A DNA stretch of 64,000 nt from Pseudovirgaria hyperparasitica. Lineage: Eukaryota. The DNA lies in the NCBI GenBank assembly GCA_010093815.1, contig ML996566.1. One strand, 5' to 3'. The translations under genes were made by a program, and so were the position numbers. Of the stretch, positions 1 to 13,183 are shown one piece after another. Position 1 is the stretch's first letter. Each line of letters begins with the position of its first letter. The notes under the pieces were generated by a model, which worked only from the letters and a program-made list of their open reading frames with translations, was not told where the DNA came from and ran no database searches.

Positions 1-1
1 G

Positions 2-214
2 GCTCCTGATATCGCTGGCAAGCAGCTTGCCAACCCTACCGCTCTGCTCCTGTCCAGTATCATGATGCTTCAGCACATGGGTCTCCACGAACACGCCAAC
101 AAGATCCGCGATGCGATCTTCAAGGTCCTTGCCGAGGGCAAGACCATCACGGGTGATCTCGGCGGCTCAGCAAAGACGTTCCAGTATGCGGATGCAGTCA
201 TCAAGGCTCTATAG
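2..214 (+). CDS. IDH2: NAD-dependent isocitrate dehydrogenase subunit, C-terminal part (gene begins upstream of the window)
   Basis: Manual translation of frame 2: APDIAGKQLANPTALLLSSIMMLQHMGL...GKTITGDLGGSAKT...IKAL*, the typical IDH/IPMDH-family C-terminus; TAG at 212-214. Confidence 0.88.
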   Translation, partial: APDIAGKQLANPTALLLSSIMMLQHMGLHEHANKIRDAIFKVLAEGKTITGDLGGSAKTFQYADAVIKAL

Positions 215-498
215 GCTCTTTCTTCTCCTTCAAACTCGGATTCTCCTTGGCTTCTTAAACATAACGCGCGCATATGGCAGTAGACGAACGAACGAACGGA
301 AGGAACGGAGGGGTATGATGGGAATGATGCATCTTGTTGATATGTACTGCGTGGCCTCTTAAATAAAGACTGTACTATACCTGGCACGGAGTGTTTCCCC
401 CTCCAACCCAGGCCTAGACCTTTAGCGATGAATACATATACATATATATACATACACCTACTCGTACACGTTTCTGCTCCACACACCTACTCCCACAA

Positions 499-2448
499 CT
501 ACACAAGCTCAAAAGACCGATCCAGCCAATTCCCCCCTGAATCCTCGCCGACACGACTATTCCTCTCCCGCCTAAACACCGGCTTCAGCCAAGTTCTCTG
601 ATCATCCTTACCCGGAAACGCCGCGGCAATCGCCCCGACAGTCTGCGGATCAAACACCGCATTCCGCGCAATCATCTGCTCAATCGCCCACCTGCAGCGC
701 GGATCCCCGGCCTCGGCCGTCTTGCGGACCAAGAAGCGCCAGGTGCCCGGGCGAGGCTCCCAGTCGCGGCTGAGCATCTCGTCGAAGTAGCTGAAGGCGG
801 CATCCCAGGTGTCGGGGCTGTGCAGGTGGACGAGCACGAGGCGGTCGTAGGTGAGCAGGTTGGGCTGGAGACCGTTGTCGATCATATACTGCGCGAGATA
901 GGTGGCGATCTCGCGGCGGGTATTGCGGACGCAGCCGCGGAGGAGGATGTTGATGGTTGAGGTCTCGGGCTTGCCGCCGGTGCAGATGTCGGGGAGGAGG
1001 GACCAGAAGTGCATTGCGTCTTCGAAGCGGTTGAGTTGCACGGTTGCTTCGATGATGACGTCCATTGCGGGGACGGGGATGGGGGCGCCGCGGAGCTGGA
1101 TGCGGCGGAGGCAGTCGATTGCTTGGTTGGGGCGGGCGGAGTTGGAGATGAGGTATCGGTAGAGGGTGCGGGTGCAGGAGGCGTCGATGTAGACGTGGGC
1201 GTCGGTCATGATGCTGAGGACGGACAGGGCGGTTTCGAGGTCGTGGGCGGCGAGGTAGGCATCGATGAGAAGCTCGTAGTGGGAGCGGTCGAGGACGACG
1301 TTGCGGGCGGAGAGGAGGCGGAAGACGTCCGTGGCGAGCTCGACGTCGCCGGCGCGCGAGGCGGTCATGAGGACGTTGAGGCAGATGCCGGTTGGGGGCA
1401 CCATGTATGCGGGCTCGACGCGCTTGCGCCAGACGTATTTGACGGCGTCGTAGTGGCTTTGGGAGCTGGCGGAGTCGAGGAGGTGCTGCCACATGTTTGC
1501 GGAGATGGGGTAGGTGCTGCTGTTCTCGCGCAGTTGGAGGATGTGGAGGGCTTCTGTGATGTTGTTCGGGGTGCATTCGGCCATTATGTAGTAGAGCATG
1601 TCGTGCAGCCACGGCTCGACTGGGGTGCCGCCGTCGACCATGGCCTCCATTCTGTCCATGGCCAGTTCGAATTGCCTGTCCTTGATCAAGCTCGCTATGA
1701 CACTGTGTTGCCCGAACTCGGACAGTACGTACCATTTCGAGTCCATGTGTTCGAGCATAAGTGTAAGGAGATTGTAGTCTGGATGCACCGACAGCACCTA
1801 GTTGTTAGGTTGTCAGCATCATATGTCTCCAAGGTAGGCAATCTTTCATAGACGTACTTCCAACACATAATGGCATATTTCTTCGTCGAGTTCAATGCCC
1901 TCGTCTTGCATCTCAGTGATGATCTCTGCCAGCATAGCCGCACCTCCTCTTGTTGCACTTGAGCATGCCCGTATCATAGCACTATACAGCTGTCGGTTGG
2001 GTTTTTCTCGACATGTGACCACAAGATGCTCGACGATGTACCAGACAAGTCCCGGATCCGAACGTGCGGCCTCCTTCGCCAGAAGTTCGTAGAGAGCTGG
2101 AACATCTGCCGAGTCGTCCTTTGGTATGATTTCCAGGAGCAATCTTTTCTGTACTAGTGGTGTATGTTTCGGGGGAAAATACCACTTGGGCGCAATACCA
2201 TGGTAAGTACCAGTGGTCCGTGGACTTGAGTAATCGGACCCGATCCTGCGAAAAACCAGGTGCTGCGACTGAGAGGGTTTTTCATTATGGATGCGAGAAT
2301 CGTCGTCGGACGCAGTTGAGAAAGTTACTCGGTAGAACGAAAGGATGCGTTTACGACTGGGTATCCGCGGGCGCGTTGCGGAGAATCGAGGGTAAGCTGG
2401 GCACAGACACTGCCATAATCCATCAGCTATGAATGCGCGCGCGGCCAT
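499..2448 (-). CDS. Pentatricopeptide-repeat (PPR) protein, probably mitochondrial; 2 exons (2448-1858, 1797-499)
   Basis: PPR-like helical repeats (KPNRQLYSAMIRAC, KPETSTINILLRGC, QPNLLTYDRLV); GTACGT...CTAAC...TAG intron at 1857-1798 joins two long ORFs in frame; basic presequence-like N-terminus. Confidence 0.85.
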
Positions 2449-3007
2449 GGTGAGGCACGACGCGACCAGGAACGAATATGCGTGTTCGAGATAGAAGATG
2501 GAAGTTGACAAAACTCCGTCCGGTGTTTTTCCGCGCCGTGGTGGAAGCTAGCGGAGCGGAGAGCGGAATATCGGACCATCCTTGGACGTTTATGATGGAA
2601 TGAAACAAATCCCCTCCTGCTGCCACCACACCATCTGATTTGATGCATTGGTGTATCACTGCTGTATAGAGCAGGACTAAGTTGTTCACATTGTTCTCAT
2701 TGACATGTCATCATCATATACGTATCATCAAACTACGGGGGTATACGGGGCTGGGCCAGTGATCATTCATCTACGGCGCATGGCTTTTGGAAAGCCAGGT
2801 TGATCCTATTTCTGTACCCGCGTTTGGCGACCGCTTTCCTTGGGCAAGGATATCATTTACCCTGTTCCATCCAAGGTGACTACACCATGGTGTAGTCCTC
2901 CATAGGTCTTGTCGCACGCGTTTTCTTAACCAGGACAAGGGCCATGTACAGCGACTGCACCTTCCGTCTTATTTTATTGATGGGACTGACATTTGACATT
3001 CAAATGC

Positions 3008-3488
3008 TCAAGCTCCTCGACCCCGGCCTCTTCCTCCACGGCCACCTCGGCCCATCCCTCGTCCACGATCTCCCCGGTCTCCGTGACCACCACGATGACC
3101 AGCTCCTCCGCGAGTTGAGCGTTGCGCTTGCTCGGCAGCTTGTATTTTCTTCAGATCGTCCATGATTGAGTCCTCCACTCGCAGGAACTTGATCTAGCCG
3201 CAGATCAGCGTACGAAATCCAGGAATGGTGGAACTAGATACCGTGTTTCCTCTAACATAAGCTTCTGGTAGCCTGAAAAACGTCTCTCCATCTTTGCTTG
3301 TCGACACGACTTCTTTCAGAGTCAAGTTCATCCATGTGTCGCATGCTTCCAGGTGGCCTGTGAGCGACTCGCCATCTTTGAGCTCGACTAGCACTGAGCG
3401 ACCCTTTGCGGCGTTGAGGAGACCGAGCGGAAGCTGTGGTGGAGAGAGGTTAGCGTTGGCCAGTTGAGATGCAGGACAGCCATACCAT
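3008..3488 (-). CDS. LSM4: U6 snRNA-associated Sm-like protein LSm4; 3 exons (the first is only the ATG)
   Basis: MLPLGLLNAAKGRSVLVELKDGESLTGHLEACDTWMNLTLKEV...FFRLPEAYVRGNT|IKFLRV followed by an RGG-rich tail; canonical introns. Confidence 0.93.
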
Positions 3489-4075
3489 GCTGAGGAAGCT
3501 AGAGTGTGCGATTCCAAAAGTGGGCGACGAGCGTTTGAGTGGTGAGCTGGTGAGCCGGTGCGCGTAATTGACGTTCAGGCAATGTACTGTATCTAACTGT
3601 GATTATTACAATAAGACCCCAGCTACAGTGTATTGCGGTGGCGGATGAACGTCGGCGGATCTCCAGCGCCGCAAGAATACTTACTTACTTAGTACTGTAC
3701 TGTACCTGACTGTACCTTTGGGGGGAGGTATTTAGCGTGTCGGGGGCGGCTGTTTGGCGTGTTGGAGCCCCGAAGAGCCCTAAAAAGTCCGAAAACAGCT
3801 GCCCGGACTGCCCAGAGGCCCCCAAACTCCAGCTGGTTTTGGGGGCTGTTACTGTTACTACTACTACTGGTTACTGCTGCTGCTGCTGCGCCACGCCACG
3901 CGTTCTCAATTATTGCTGCCTGGATGCTATCTGGAGACACTTTGTCACTTACTCTCGTCTCTATCTCCACTCTACTTGTCACCTCAGGCGCTCTGGCTAC
4001 TGGGGACATTCTGGGAGACACGATAGTACTCCGTTTCTTGGTTCTATTCGTTTTGTTCATTCGTTTGCGCGAGCT

Positions 4076-6120
4076 ATGCGTTTCTCCGTAGCATGTCTCG
4101 TGGCTCTTCCAGCTGTCATCTATGCAACTGTCATCCCAACTTCTCCAGACTCGCAGAACCACCACGTACACTCGAACGGCCCTGCACGGCCAGAAATAAT
4201 CAATCTTGGTATATACTTGCCTGATCTTTTGCACTTGAGAGTTTTGGCTATGCTCACACAAACTCAGAGCTTACACACAACCATCCAAAGGCGCTCTTTA
4301 AGGTCCCGTGCAATGGAGGCTGTCTTGGCATTGAGGATGAGGATGACGACGCTCTGGTGCGTAATATACACATATATATTCACCATGTCAGGCAGCAACA
4401 TTTTTGACCTTCTAACATCTTTTAGCTTTTTGACTTTCAAGCATTCCCTTCCAAAGAGCCGTGTGGTGTGGCCAACGTCACTGTCAACGGCCATTCCCTT
4501 ACCCAGGCCTGGAACGGGACTCACGCTCTTGGAGCCGGCTCTGTTCATTCGTTTCCACTGTCATCCTTGACACCACGCCACGAATTGGGTCTCTCCTGGC
4601 ATTCATCTTGCGTAAATGAATCAATAGCAAACCCACATCGAGCAGCAACTGCGCAGGTCATTACAGTTCTTCTTCAGAGCATAGATGGGAAATCGATAGA
4701 ACAATCTTCAGGCTTCACAATCTCGTTCAAGCCTCTCTTTCCCCTTGAGCTCTTACGTCTCTCCTCGACTCCTGACTTCGCAGCCACCGAACCACAATAC
4801 GCACAGTATTGGAGAGATCCACCGGCCCATCTCCGTCTGACCTCACGGCCTTCTCCTGATCTACCAAGCTCTGAGAATGAGGAGAACCCTTCGTCAGCAA
4901 CTAACACTGACCCTGTCCAAGAGCTGAGGCGTCTTGAAGCCGAAGCACTCCGTATCAACGAGCTAATCGAGCAGCAAAAGTCATTGATCCAGGCACTCAG
5001 ACAGGACGAATCCAATACGTCTGTTGATGCTCCAACATGTCTTGGCATCAAATGCACACTGAACAACATTGTCAGCAAGGCCAAAGACGCGCTAGAGGAC
5101 ATCTACATGTCTATCCGCATCGCGCCCTTCCAGGGAATCAGGCCACATCAAGTAGCGTTTGAGGACCATAAGCCATCTAGCGAACTCTTACCGTCCCCCA
5201 CAACTGACAATACTCATCATCCTTCATCTACGAGATCACTCACCTCAGCTGACTTGCTGACCTCTACATCCTCAACTCATTCCGCCGATGACGGGCAGGA
5301 GTGGGTTCCTCTTCTAGGCGATACCCCATCAGACGCGTCAGGTAGTTCCAACATCGACCCTTTGTCCATAACCCTCAAGATCGTCGGGGCCGTCACAGGC
5401 CTGACATGTATCTACATATGCTTCCGTCGAAGCCGCTGTTGCAACCCACGCGCTCAAGCCGAACGTCGCGCAGAACAGGAGGAACGCGCCACCCAACGCG
5501 CCTACCGCAGAGCCGCCCGCAAGCACCGTTTCCAACAATGGTGGGCAGCCTGGACCGGCCGCCAGCGAGATCACCAGCGCATCACCGACTACGAAGAAAA
5601 GCGATCTCTGATCCGACAACAGGAGGTCATCCTTGAGTCCGCCATGCAGGACGAGATTAGAATGCTACGCGCCGCGCACGATGCAGTAAACTCCATCTTT
5701 CATACCACCACCCGCGCCTCCCGCCATTCCCCTCACGCAACCTCATCCGCCGTCCCCATCTTCCCCCACTCGACACGCCATAACATCACTCCTTTCGAAC
5801 GTCCATATTACCACGATTCAGAAGAGCCCTGGCACCGCGCCCCAAGGAGCCGCACCGACAGTCTCCCAGACTACAGAAGCGACGCCGGCAGCTCACAGGT
5901 CATCACCGAGCCCCCCGCCTACTCCGACGACGAAGGCGATCTCATCACGAACGGCTTCAGCGGTTACAGACCGCGGAGCGGCACTCTTGGCAGCGACGAT
6001 AGCACCAGCTTGCCGTCGTCTCCTACTGCGCGCGAGCATCACCACCGACGCTGGACGCCCGGGAGTAGCGTTGTGTCGACGAGTCCGCGGCCGAGTCAGG
6101 AGACGATGCGGTATCTTTGA
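4076..6120 (+). CDS. Hypothetical single-pass membrane protein with signal peptide; intron(s) between about 4210 and 4440, exact structure uncertain
   Basis: MRFSVACLVALPAVIYA signal-like start; 550-codon ORF with a coiled coil, a TM segment (ITLKIVGAVTGLTCIYICF), a basic juxtamembrane stretch and LPDY/PPAY motifs. Confidence 0.7.
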
Positions 6121-7128
6121 GCTTGGTTGAGGTTTGCGTTTTGAGAATCATATAAGCGTCTGGTGTTTTGGGGAACTGGAAGTCGCGTCGTTTCGCTTTG
6201 GTTAGCTATTTACAGGGGAGGGGGGTAAGACATATTATCACTTGTGCGGATCTATAAACCTGGCGTTTTCTTCTCTTTTGGGTGGGACGGGGAGTTGCAA
6301 GGCAGGGGCGATCTGAGCGGATAACATGTATGTAATATGTCAGAAGACGAGAGTGCATGGGAAAAAACGCTCCGTAGTTTTGGTGTTTTTTTGGTTTTGG
6401 TTTGGCGTTTGTCTACGATGCCAGCTTTCTTTGGCTGGGTTGGCTGCTTTCTCGGTCTTGTTGGTGGGTGTATGCATGTATGCATGTATGTATGTATATG
6501 TGTATGTATATGTATACATTCACGCGGACGCAGAGGTAATATATATCATATTATCACATAGCATGGCATAGCATGTCTTGTCAGCAGGCGCATTGACATA
6601 TATGCTACACATATTCGACACGTCTTTCTCTATAAGAAAAAACAAAAGAACAAGATATTAGCTGCAACAACGTGTTTCACACAATCTTGTTGCCACGGTC
6701 CTGGTACATGCATACATACATACACACTGAGCGAGGAATCCCATGTCTGTATATAGATACATATTCCTACGGAATCATAAAAAGATACAACGTTTTGTCT
6801 AGCGCCCGCTAGCGCCCTCACCAAAACCACGACGAAAAAACCACCTTTTGCGACATATTAAATTAACTAGGGCCTAATTCAAAAATCTGGTCCCTAGTTT
6901 TATAGCCCTGCCTGCGACGAGTATTTTCATATACTTTTTACCCTCTGCAGGGCTATACTCACGGACGAGATAGGTTTACAAGCCTCTGGTGTCGCGTTTG
7001 GTGGCAGGTTCAAGAGTTGAAAATTCGTATGTCTTGGCGTGGAGTATTAATCTTCCGGCGTGCCTAAGGCCCTTTTTTTTTTCTCTCTTCTATCCTCTTC
7101 CCCTATTCTCTTCCTCTATATATCTACT

Positions 7129-10100
7129 ATGCCGCCGCAAACAAAGAGAAAGAATACAAATATTCAAAAGTTACAGCAACATGTATTACTATCTCTACCA
7201 GCCTCCTTACAAAGTACCAGCTCTACGACAGACCAGGATACTCTACACCAATTTCCACTTATATCCTCCCAAGTCCCTTTATTACGGCAGCATTCACGCC
7301 AACTTCTTCCCTCCAGTCCTCTACAACATCGAACTATTATCCCCTTTACACCCCGTCCTCCGCGACAGTCGTATCTTAAGAGCCAGAGCCGCCAACGTCG
7401 TCGCCGACTCCATAATGCCTTCCAATCATCACCCTACCACATCGCAAGCAATCCAAATACCCCCCAAACAACCCCATACCACGCTAATAGCCTTCCATAT
7501 ACACCACGGCGCACTCTCTTTGGCGTACACCCAGCCAGACCTCAATCTATTCAAAAGCCAATTCAATTCAATCTGCGACAGTCCCGGACAATAGGTAGTT
7601 CTATAGGTAGATTAGCAAGTATTACGATAGATGAATACCCACCAGACGACGTGTTTAGAACTCCTTCTATACCACAGTCAGGACTAACGCTCGCCCTACG
7701 ACAGCCACCTTTAGTCGTAGAGGAAGACTCCTCCCTAGACCCCCTACAGCAGACACCACGAAGTCGTTCGCGCAGAGAGAGTCGAATCGTCGCAATGCAG
7801 GAATCGCCGTCTCGACGACGGATACCGCCTATCCCTTACCAGCAGTCGCGTTATGACCAGGACTCTTCCTTAGATGCTCTCCAGCAAACACCACAAAGTC
7901 GTTCCCAGGTAGAGTATATCGTAAGGCCAGCGTCGCCGTCTCAGCAACGTGTACTCCGTACCCTACGCCAACGGTTACGTCGTAATCAGGAGTCTTCCTT
8001 AGACTCCCTCCAGCAGATACCGCAACCTCAATCCCAGGTATACCAAATGCCTATGCGTCAGCGTCGCGAAGTGGTGAATAATCGAGTACTATACTATACG
8101 ACAGGTACCTACTACCATAAACCTAGGCCAGCTACCCTATGCGCCCGTATCACCCACCCTATCACAAGTGACTTTCGGCATATTCTCTGCCGTCCAAGTA
8201 CGTCGTGTAGGTTCTGTGATGCCTCCTTCTGGCGTGAAGAGGTTCCAGCGACGAGGGTAAATGGGGAGATTCGGATGCCTTGCTGCGGCAATGGTAAAGT
8301 ACAGATCCCAGTACTACCTGAATATCCCCCCGTCTTACGCGAGCTTCTCTTACAGACACGACAGACTCGGAATAGTACTACTGTTTGGGACTACACGACA
8401 GAGAAGTTCCGACAGAGTATACGACACTATAACCAGTCAGTGTCATTTGTTTCTGCGAAGATCAACATTGAGAATGGCGCACTACAGGATGCTCTCCCAA
8501 GGAATAGCCATCAAGGCGTGTATACTCTGGTCGCAAAGGGTGAGCTTCTCCATTTTATAAGCAACCTACGACCAGACCACGACGACCCGAAGTATGCACA
8601 GCTATACATCTACGATAACCAGACTGAGCAGGGTAGGCTACGTCGTGCTGCGTTTCAGAATCTCCACGACGATATTTTACGACGCATTGAGGAGGTTCTC
8701 TACCGTATAAATCCGTTTATCCAGACATTTCGTATGAATGCGCAAACACTACGCGACCAGCCTGCCCTTGGTCTTAGTATTGGTATTATTGAAGACCACG
8801 ACCACGACCCAAGGAGATGGAATACACCAAACTGCGACGAGATTGCAGGACTCCTCCCAGTTGGGCCGCAGGGTGAGCCAGTTGCGGAGCAGCGTGATGT
8901 TGTGCTCCGATACATAGATGGTACTCTACGCCAGATGAGTGACCTCCATGCGACATATCTCCCAATGCGCTTTCCACTACTCTTTCCGCATGGGTCGCTA
9001 GGGTGGAACTGGAACTACCCTGCGCACCAGAATCCCTATTATCCTCGAGGCGCAGGCCGCCGTGAGCAGGCTATAGCTATTCCAGAGAGAGGTCGTGGTC
9101 GAGGTCGTGGTCAAGGTCGTGGTCGTGGTCGTGGTGATCGTGGTCGTGGTCGTGGTAGTCGTGCTATCGAAGATGAGCAGGCTCCAGTCCAAAATATCGC
9201 TACTAGGCGTGGATCTCGGCTTGGCCGTCGTGGGCATGAGCAGGAGCGTGTTAGCCAGCAGATGTGGTGGAACTGCTTCCTACAGCGCCGACCTAATTCT
9301 CTTAACCCAGTACTCCATGCTGGACGCCTATTCCATGAGGTCGTAATAGACGCATGGGCGTCAATCCAGGGAAATCGCCTTGCCTGGTGGCAGTAAAACC
9401 AGAGTAAGGTCCGTCGTGCACACTTTACTGGGCTCCTAGAGGCGCTTGGAAACTCTGATGTAACTGGTCGTGAGCTGGGAAGTACTATCGTGCTTGGGAA
9501 GACTTTCCATGGCGGGCCTCGGTTTATGCGAGAGCTATATTTTAATGCAATGGCTATGGCGGCGTATAGTGGGCCGCCAGAGTTCTTTATTACCATGACA
9601 TGTAACCCAGCCTGGCGTGAGGTAATAGATGAGCTGGCGCCAGGAGAATCAGCAACAGACCGAATTGACCTCTGCTGTCGCGTTTTCCATATAAAGCTGG
9701 CGCAGCTCCTACACGACCTAACGAAGAGCCATGTCCTTGGGAAGTGTGTCGCGTACTGCTACTCTGTTGAGTTTCAGAAGCGTGGACTACCACATGCCCA
9801 TATTCTTATTATTACGACACCAGATGATCGCGCCACTTCTATCGAAAAGATTGACGCCGCTGTATGTGCGGAGCTCCCAGACCCAAGCTCTGATCCAGTA
9901 CTATTTGGAATCGTCTGTCGTACTATGCTACATGGGCCTTGCGGCGACGTAAATCCGTTAAGCCCATGTATGACGACAAGTAAGAGACATCCTGGTCGCC
10001 GTAAGTGTCGCCATCGGTTCCCCTTTCCATATACGAATGAGACGTCGCTACCAGTCGGGAAAGAGCCATCCTACCGGCGTCGTGCTGGCGCATATACCTA

Positions 10101-12755
10101 CCAGAAGAATGATAATCAGTACATCTACTCAAGTCGGGATGTCGTGCCATATAATCCTTACCTTTCAAAACGGTATAATGCGCATATCAATATCAAGTCG
10201 TGCCATGGTATGGACGTGTTTAAGTACGTATTCAAGTACGTATATAAGGGCCCAGATATGGCAAATGTCCTTATACAGCGCGACAACCTGAATCCTTCTA
10301 GGTCGCACCTAGACCTAGGGCAGCAGGTACATATAGGTGGTGTACGGCATCGCGGCCGTGGTAATAGTCGTGCTCGAGCTGGTCGTCAGCAGCAACAGAG
10401 TTATCGTAGTACTGGCGCAGAGTATCCTCCCCAGGATCAGATTCTTGATGAGACAAAGGTCTTTGTTAACGCACGCTATCTCTCTGGCTGCGAGGCTATC
10501 TGCGGCATTATGAGTCTACCATCCCACGGCCAGTTCCCCCCTGTACAGGTACTTGCCGTGCATGAGGAGGATCAGCAAATGGTTGTCTTCCAACACAGCG
10601 ACAATGACTTACCAGGGAATATATCTATCCCGGCGCGGGCTGGGAATACAATGCTAACTGAGTTCTTTGTCGTAAACCAGCAGCGTGCTATCGCAGGGCT
10701 ACCACGACTCTATTACATAGAGATTCCCCAGTATTACACCTGGATCCAGGATAAGGCATGGCGCGAGCGACGCGGCAAGTTCTCGATTGGTCGTCTACTC
10801 TGGGTGCCGTGGACAGCTGGGGAGGTATTCTATCTACGAACTCTGCTTCTCCATGTCCCTGGGCAGGTATCATTCGACGACATAAGGACATATAATAGTA
10901 TAGTATATCCTACATACCGCGACGCATGTGCTGCACGAGGACTGCTTCATGATAATGGTGAATACCGGCTGGCGCTTGCAGAGATTATAGGTACTTGGCC
11001 TGCAGCAGGCCTACGACAGACATTTGCTATCATGGTACAAGCCAACGACCAAGGTAGTAATCGAGATCTCTGGGACCAGTTTAAGGATGCCCTTAGCGAC
11101 GACTGTATCCACCAGCTCCGTGAGTACTTCCAGGTCCCTGAGCCAACAGTCGCACAGCGATATGAGCTAGCACTCTGCTATATTCGCGACTATCTCCAGC
11201 ATATGGGAACGGATATGAACCGTGTCGCACTCCCTACGCCAGCCTTTGATTGGCTCTGCACGACTGCACCAGATGGAAATCGTATCCTTTATGAGCAGAT
11301 AAACTGGCGTCGTGATGACCTGGCGCAGTTTATTACACAGTATCTCCCTGGTCTGAACCAGGAGCAGCGACATGCATACGACACCCTATTAGGCGCTGTA
11401 GAGGCTGGTCGTGGGGGGGTCTTCTTCCTTGATGGGCCTGGTGGAACAGGGAAGACACTGGTACAGAATCTGGTACTAGATACACTACGACTTTCTGGGA
11501 AAGTCGCACTAGCAACTGCCTCCTCTGGTATTGCTGCGATTCTTTTACATGGTGGCACGACAGCGCATTCCCGTTTTAAGATTCCCCTCCAGGTGGAGCG
11601 CGACACCAGCTGTAATATTAGCGCCAGTACCCATCTTGGCCGTACACTCTGCGCCGCAGATATGTGTTTCTGGGATGAGTGTGTGATGTCGCATCGATAT
11701 TCTATTGAGGCAGTAGATCGAACAATGCGCGACATCCGTAATCAGGATACAGAGGCGTTTGGTGGTATGGTAATGTGCTTCTGCGGCGACTTTCGACAGA
11801 CTCTCCCAATTGTCCCACGTGGTACTCGGTCGCAGATTGTCCAATCATGCCTAAAGAACTCATATCTCTGGCCCCAGGTCCATATACTGCGCCTTACTAC
11901 AAATATGCGTCTTTGGGCGCCTGGGATGACAGAGCGTCGTCGTGATGAGGTAGGGCGATTTGCGGCAAAGGTTCTTGACGTTGGGAATCGCTCTGGCCGT
12001 AATGGGTATACCGCTTGGGGTACCCAGCACTTTATACCTGGTCGCAGCCTAGATGTATTAGCAAGCCGAATCTTTCCTACTATACGACAGCCTGGGGGTC
12101 TTACCTTAGAGGCCCTCCAATCATCTGCTATTCTTGCCGCACATAACCAGAAAGTAGATGTGCTAAATGAATATCTACTGTCGCAGATACCAGGAGAAGT
12201 TACAACCCGATACTCGGTTGACGAACCAAAGGATAATAATAGTGCTAGCTTTACGACACTCGAGCAGATGAACGCATTTAAGGCACCAGGAATCCCACCA
12301 CATGAGCTGCGACTCAAGATTGGATGTGTCGTGATATTACTACGAAATATCAATCCAAGTGATTGTCTCTGTAATGGTACACGACTTCGAGTACTGGTAT
12401 TAATACTAGAACTATCACGGCGCAGATCCTCGGTACACGACGACATGGAGAGATAGTCCAACTCCCACGGATACCATTCGTCGCAGAGAAGCTAAAGGAT
12501 GGGATGGACTTCAAGCGACGCCAATTTCCAGTCAAGCTAGCATTTGCTATGACAATTAATAAGTCGCAGGGCCAGAGTCTTCAGAATGTAGGCCTTCTCT
12601 TAGACCCAGAGGTATTTGCCCATGGCCAGCTATATGTCGCTGTTAGCCGCGTTACCAACCCTGAGGGTATCCATATTATCCCACCTGATAATAATAAGTA
12701 TATGCCAGATGGTATGCTAAGGAACGTCGTATACCCTGAAGTCCTTTCTACCTAG
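7129..12755 (+). pseudogene. Helitron RepHel transposase with a premature stop (9394-9396) and a 1-nt frameshift (about 12397)
   Basis: Zn finger CRFC...CC; Rep motifs FITMTCNPAW, VEFQKRGLPHAHIL (HUH), KYVFKYVYKG (Y2); Pif1 motifs DGPGGTGKT, WDECVM, GDFRQTLP, AMTINKSQGQS, HGQLYVAVSR spread over three consecutive ORFs. Confidence 0.95.
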
Positions 12756-13183
12756 CTACGACGCTGGTCTTGCTCAAACTGCTCTACGATAGTCTTAAGC
12801 ATTTCCTCCTCTTCTGGTGCTATATTATCCCAGTCGTCCTGTCGCTCTTCACGTAGGCATTGTAGAAACCATCGCCTATATCCGCGACACGAATCATCTT
12901 GATCCCCACTCATATTTGAATTCTGTCGCGCTTCCAGTATTTTAATTAGACGTTTTCCTGGGTGCCGCACCTTCCATTTATGTGATATTCTCTTACACCT
13001 GTCGCAAAATGTGCTTGCCAGTATATTCATGTGTTTACCACGGTAGTCGAGTCGCGTATCGATTGGTAGGGTTATAATAAGCTCAGGTACTCTACGACGG
13101 TCGTAGATGCGGCGATATGCGTAGAGCTACTGAAATCGAGATCGCTGTTGTTTGCGCCAGCGGTAGGGCCAAATAATTGCCAT
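12752..13183 (-). pseudogene. Small Helitron cargo ORF of about 143 codons (CxxC, acidic helical C-terminus) with one in-frame TAG at 13127-13129
   Basis: Reading frame MAIIWPYRWRKQQRSRFQ*LYAYRRIYDRR...MNILASTFCDRCK... is open except for one CAG>TAG-type stop; convergent with RepHel. Confidence 0.45.

Noticed and set aside
680..1851. Long alternative ORFs (351 aa minus, 280 aa plus) over PPR exon 2
   Set aside because: Shadow frames caused by high GC3 codon bias; low-complexity Arg/Pro or Gly/Val/Asp translations
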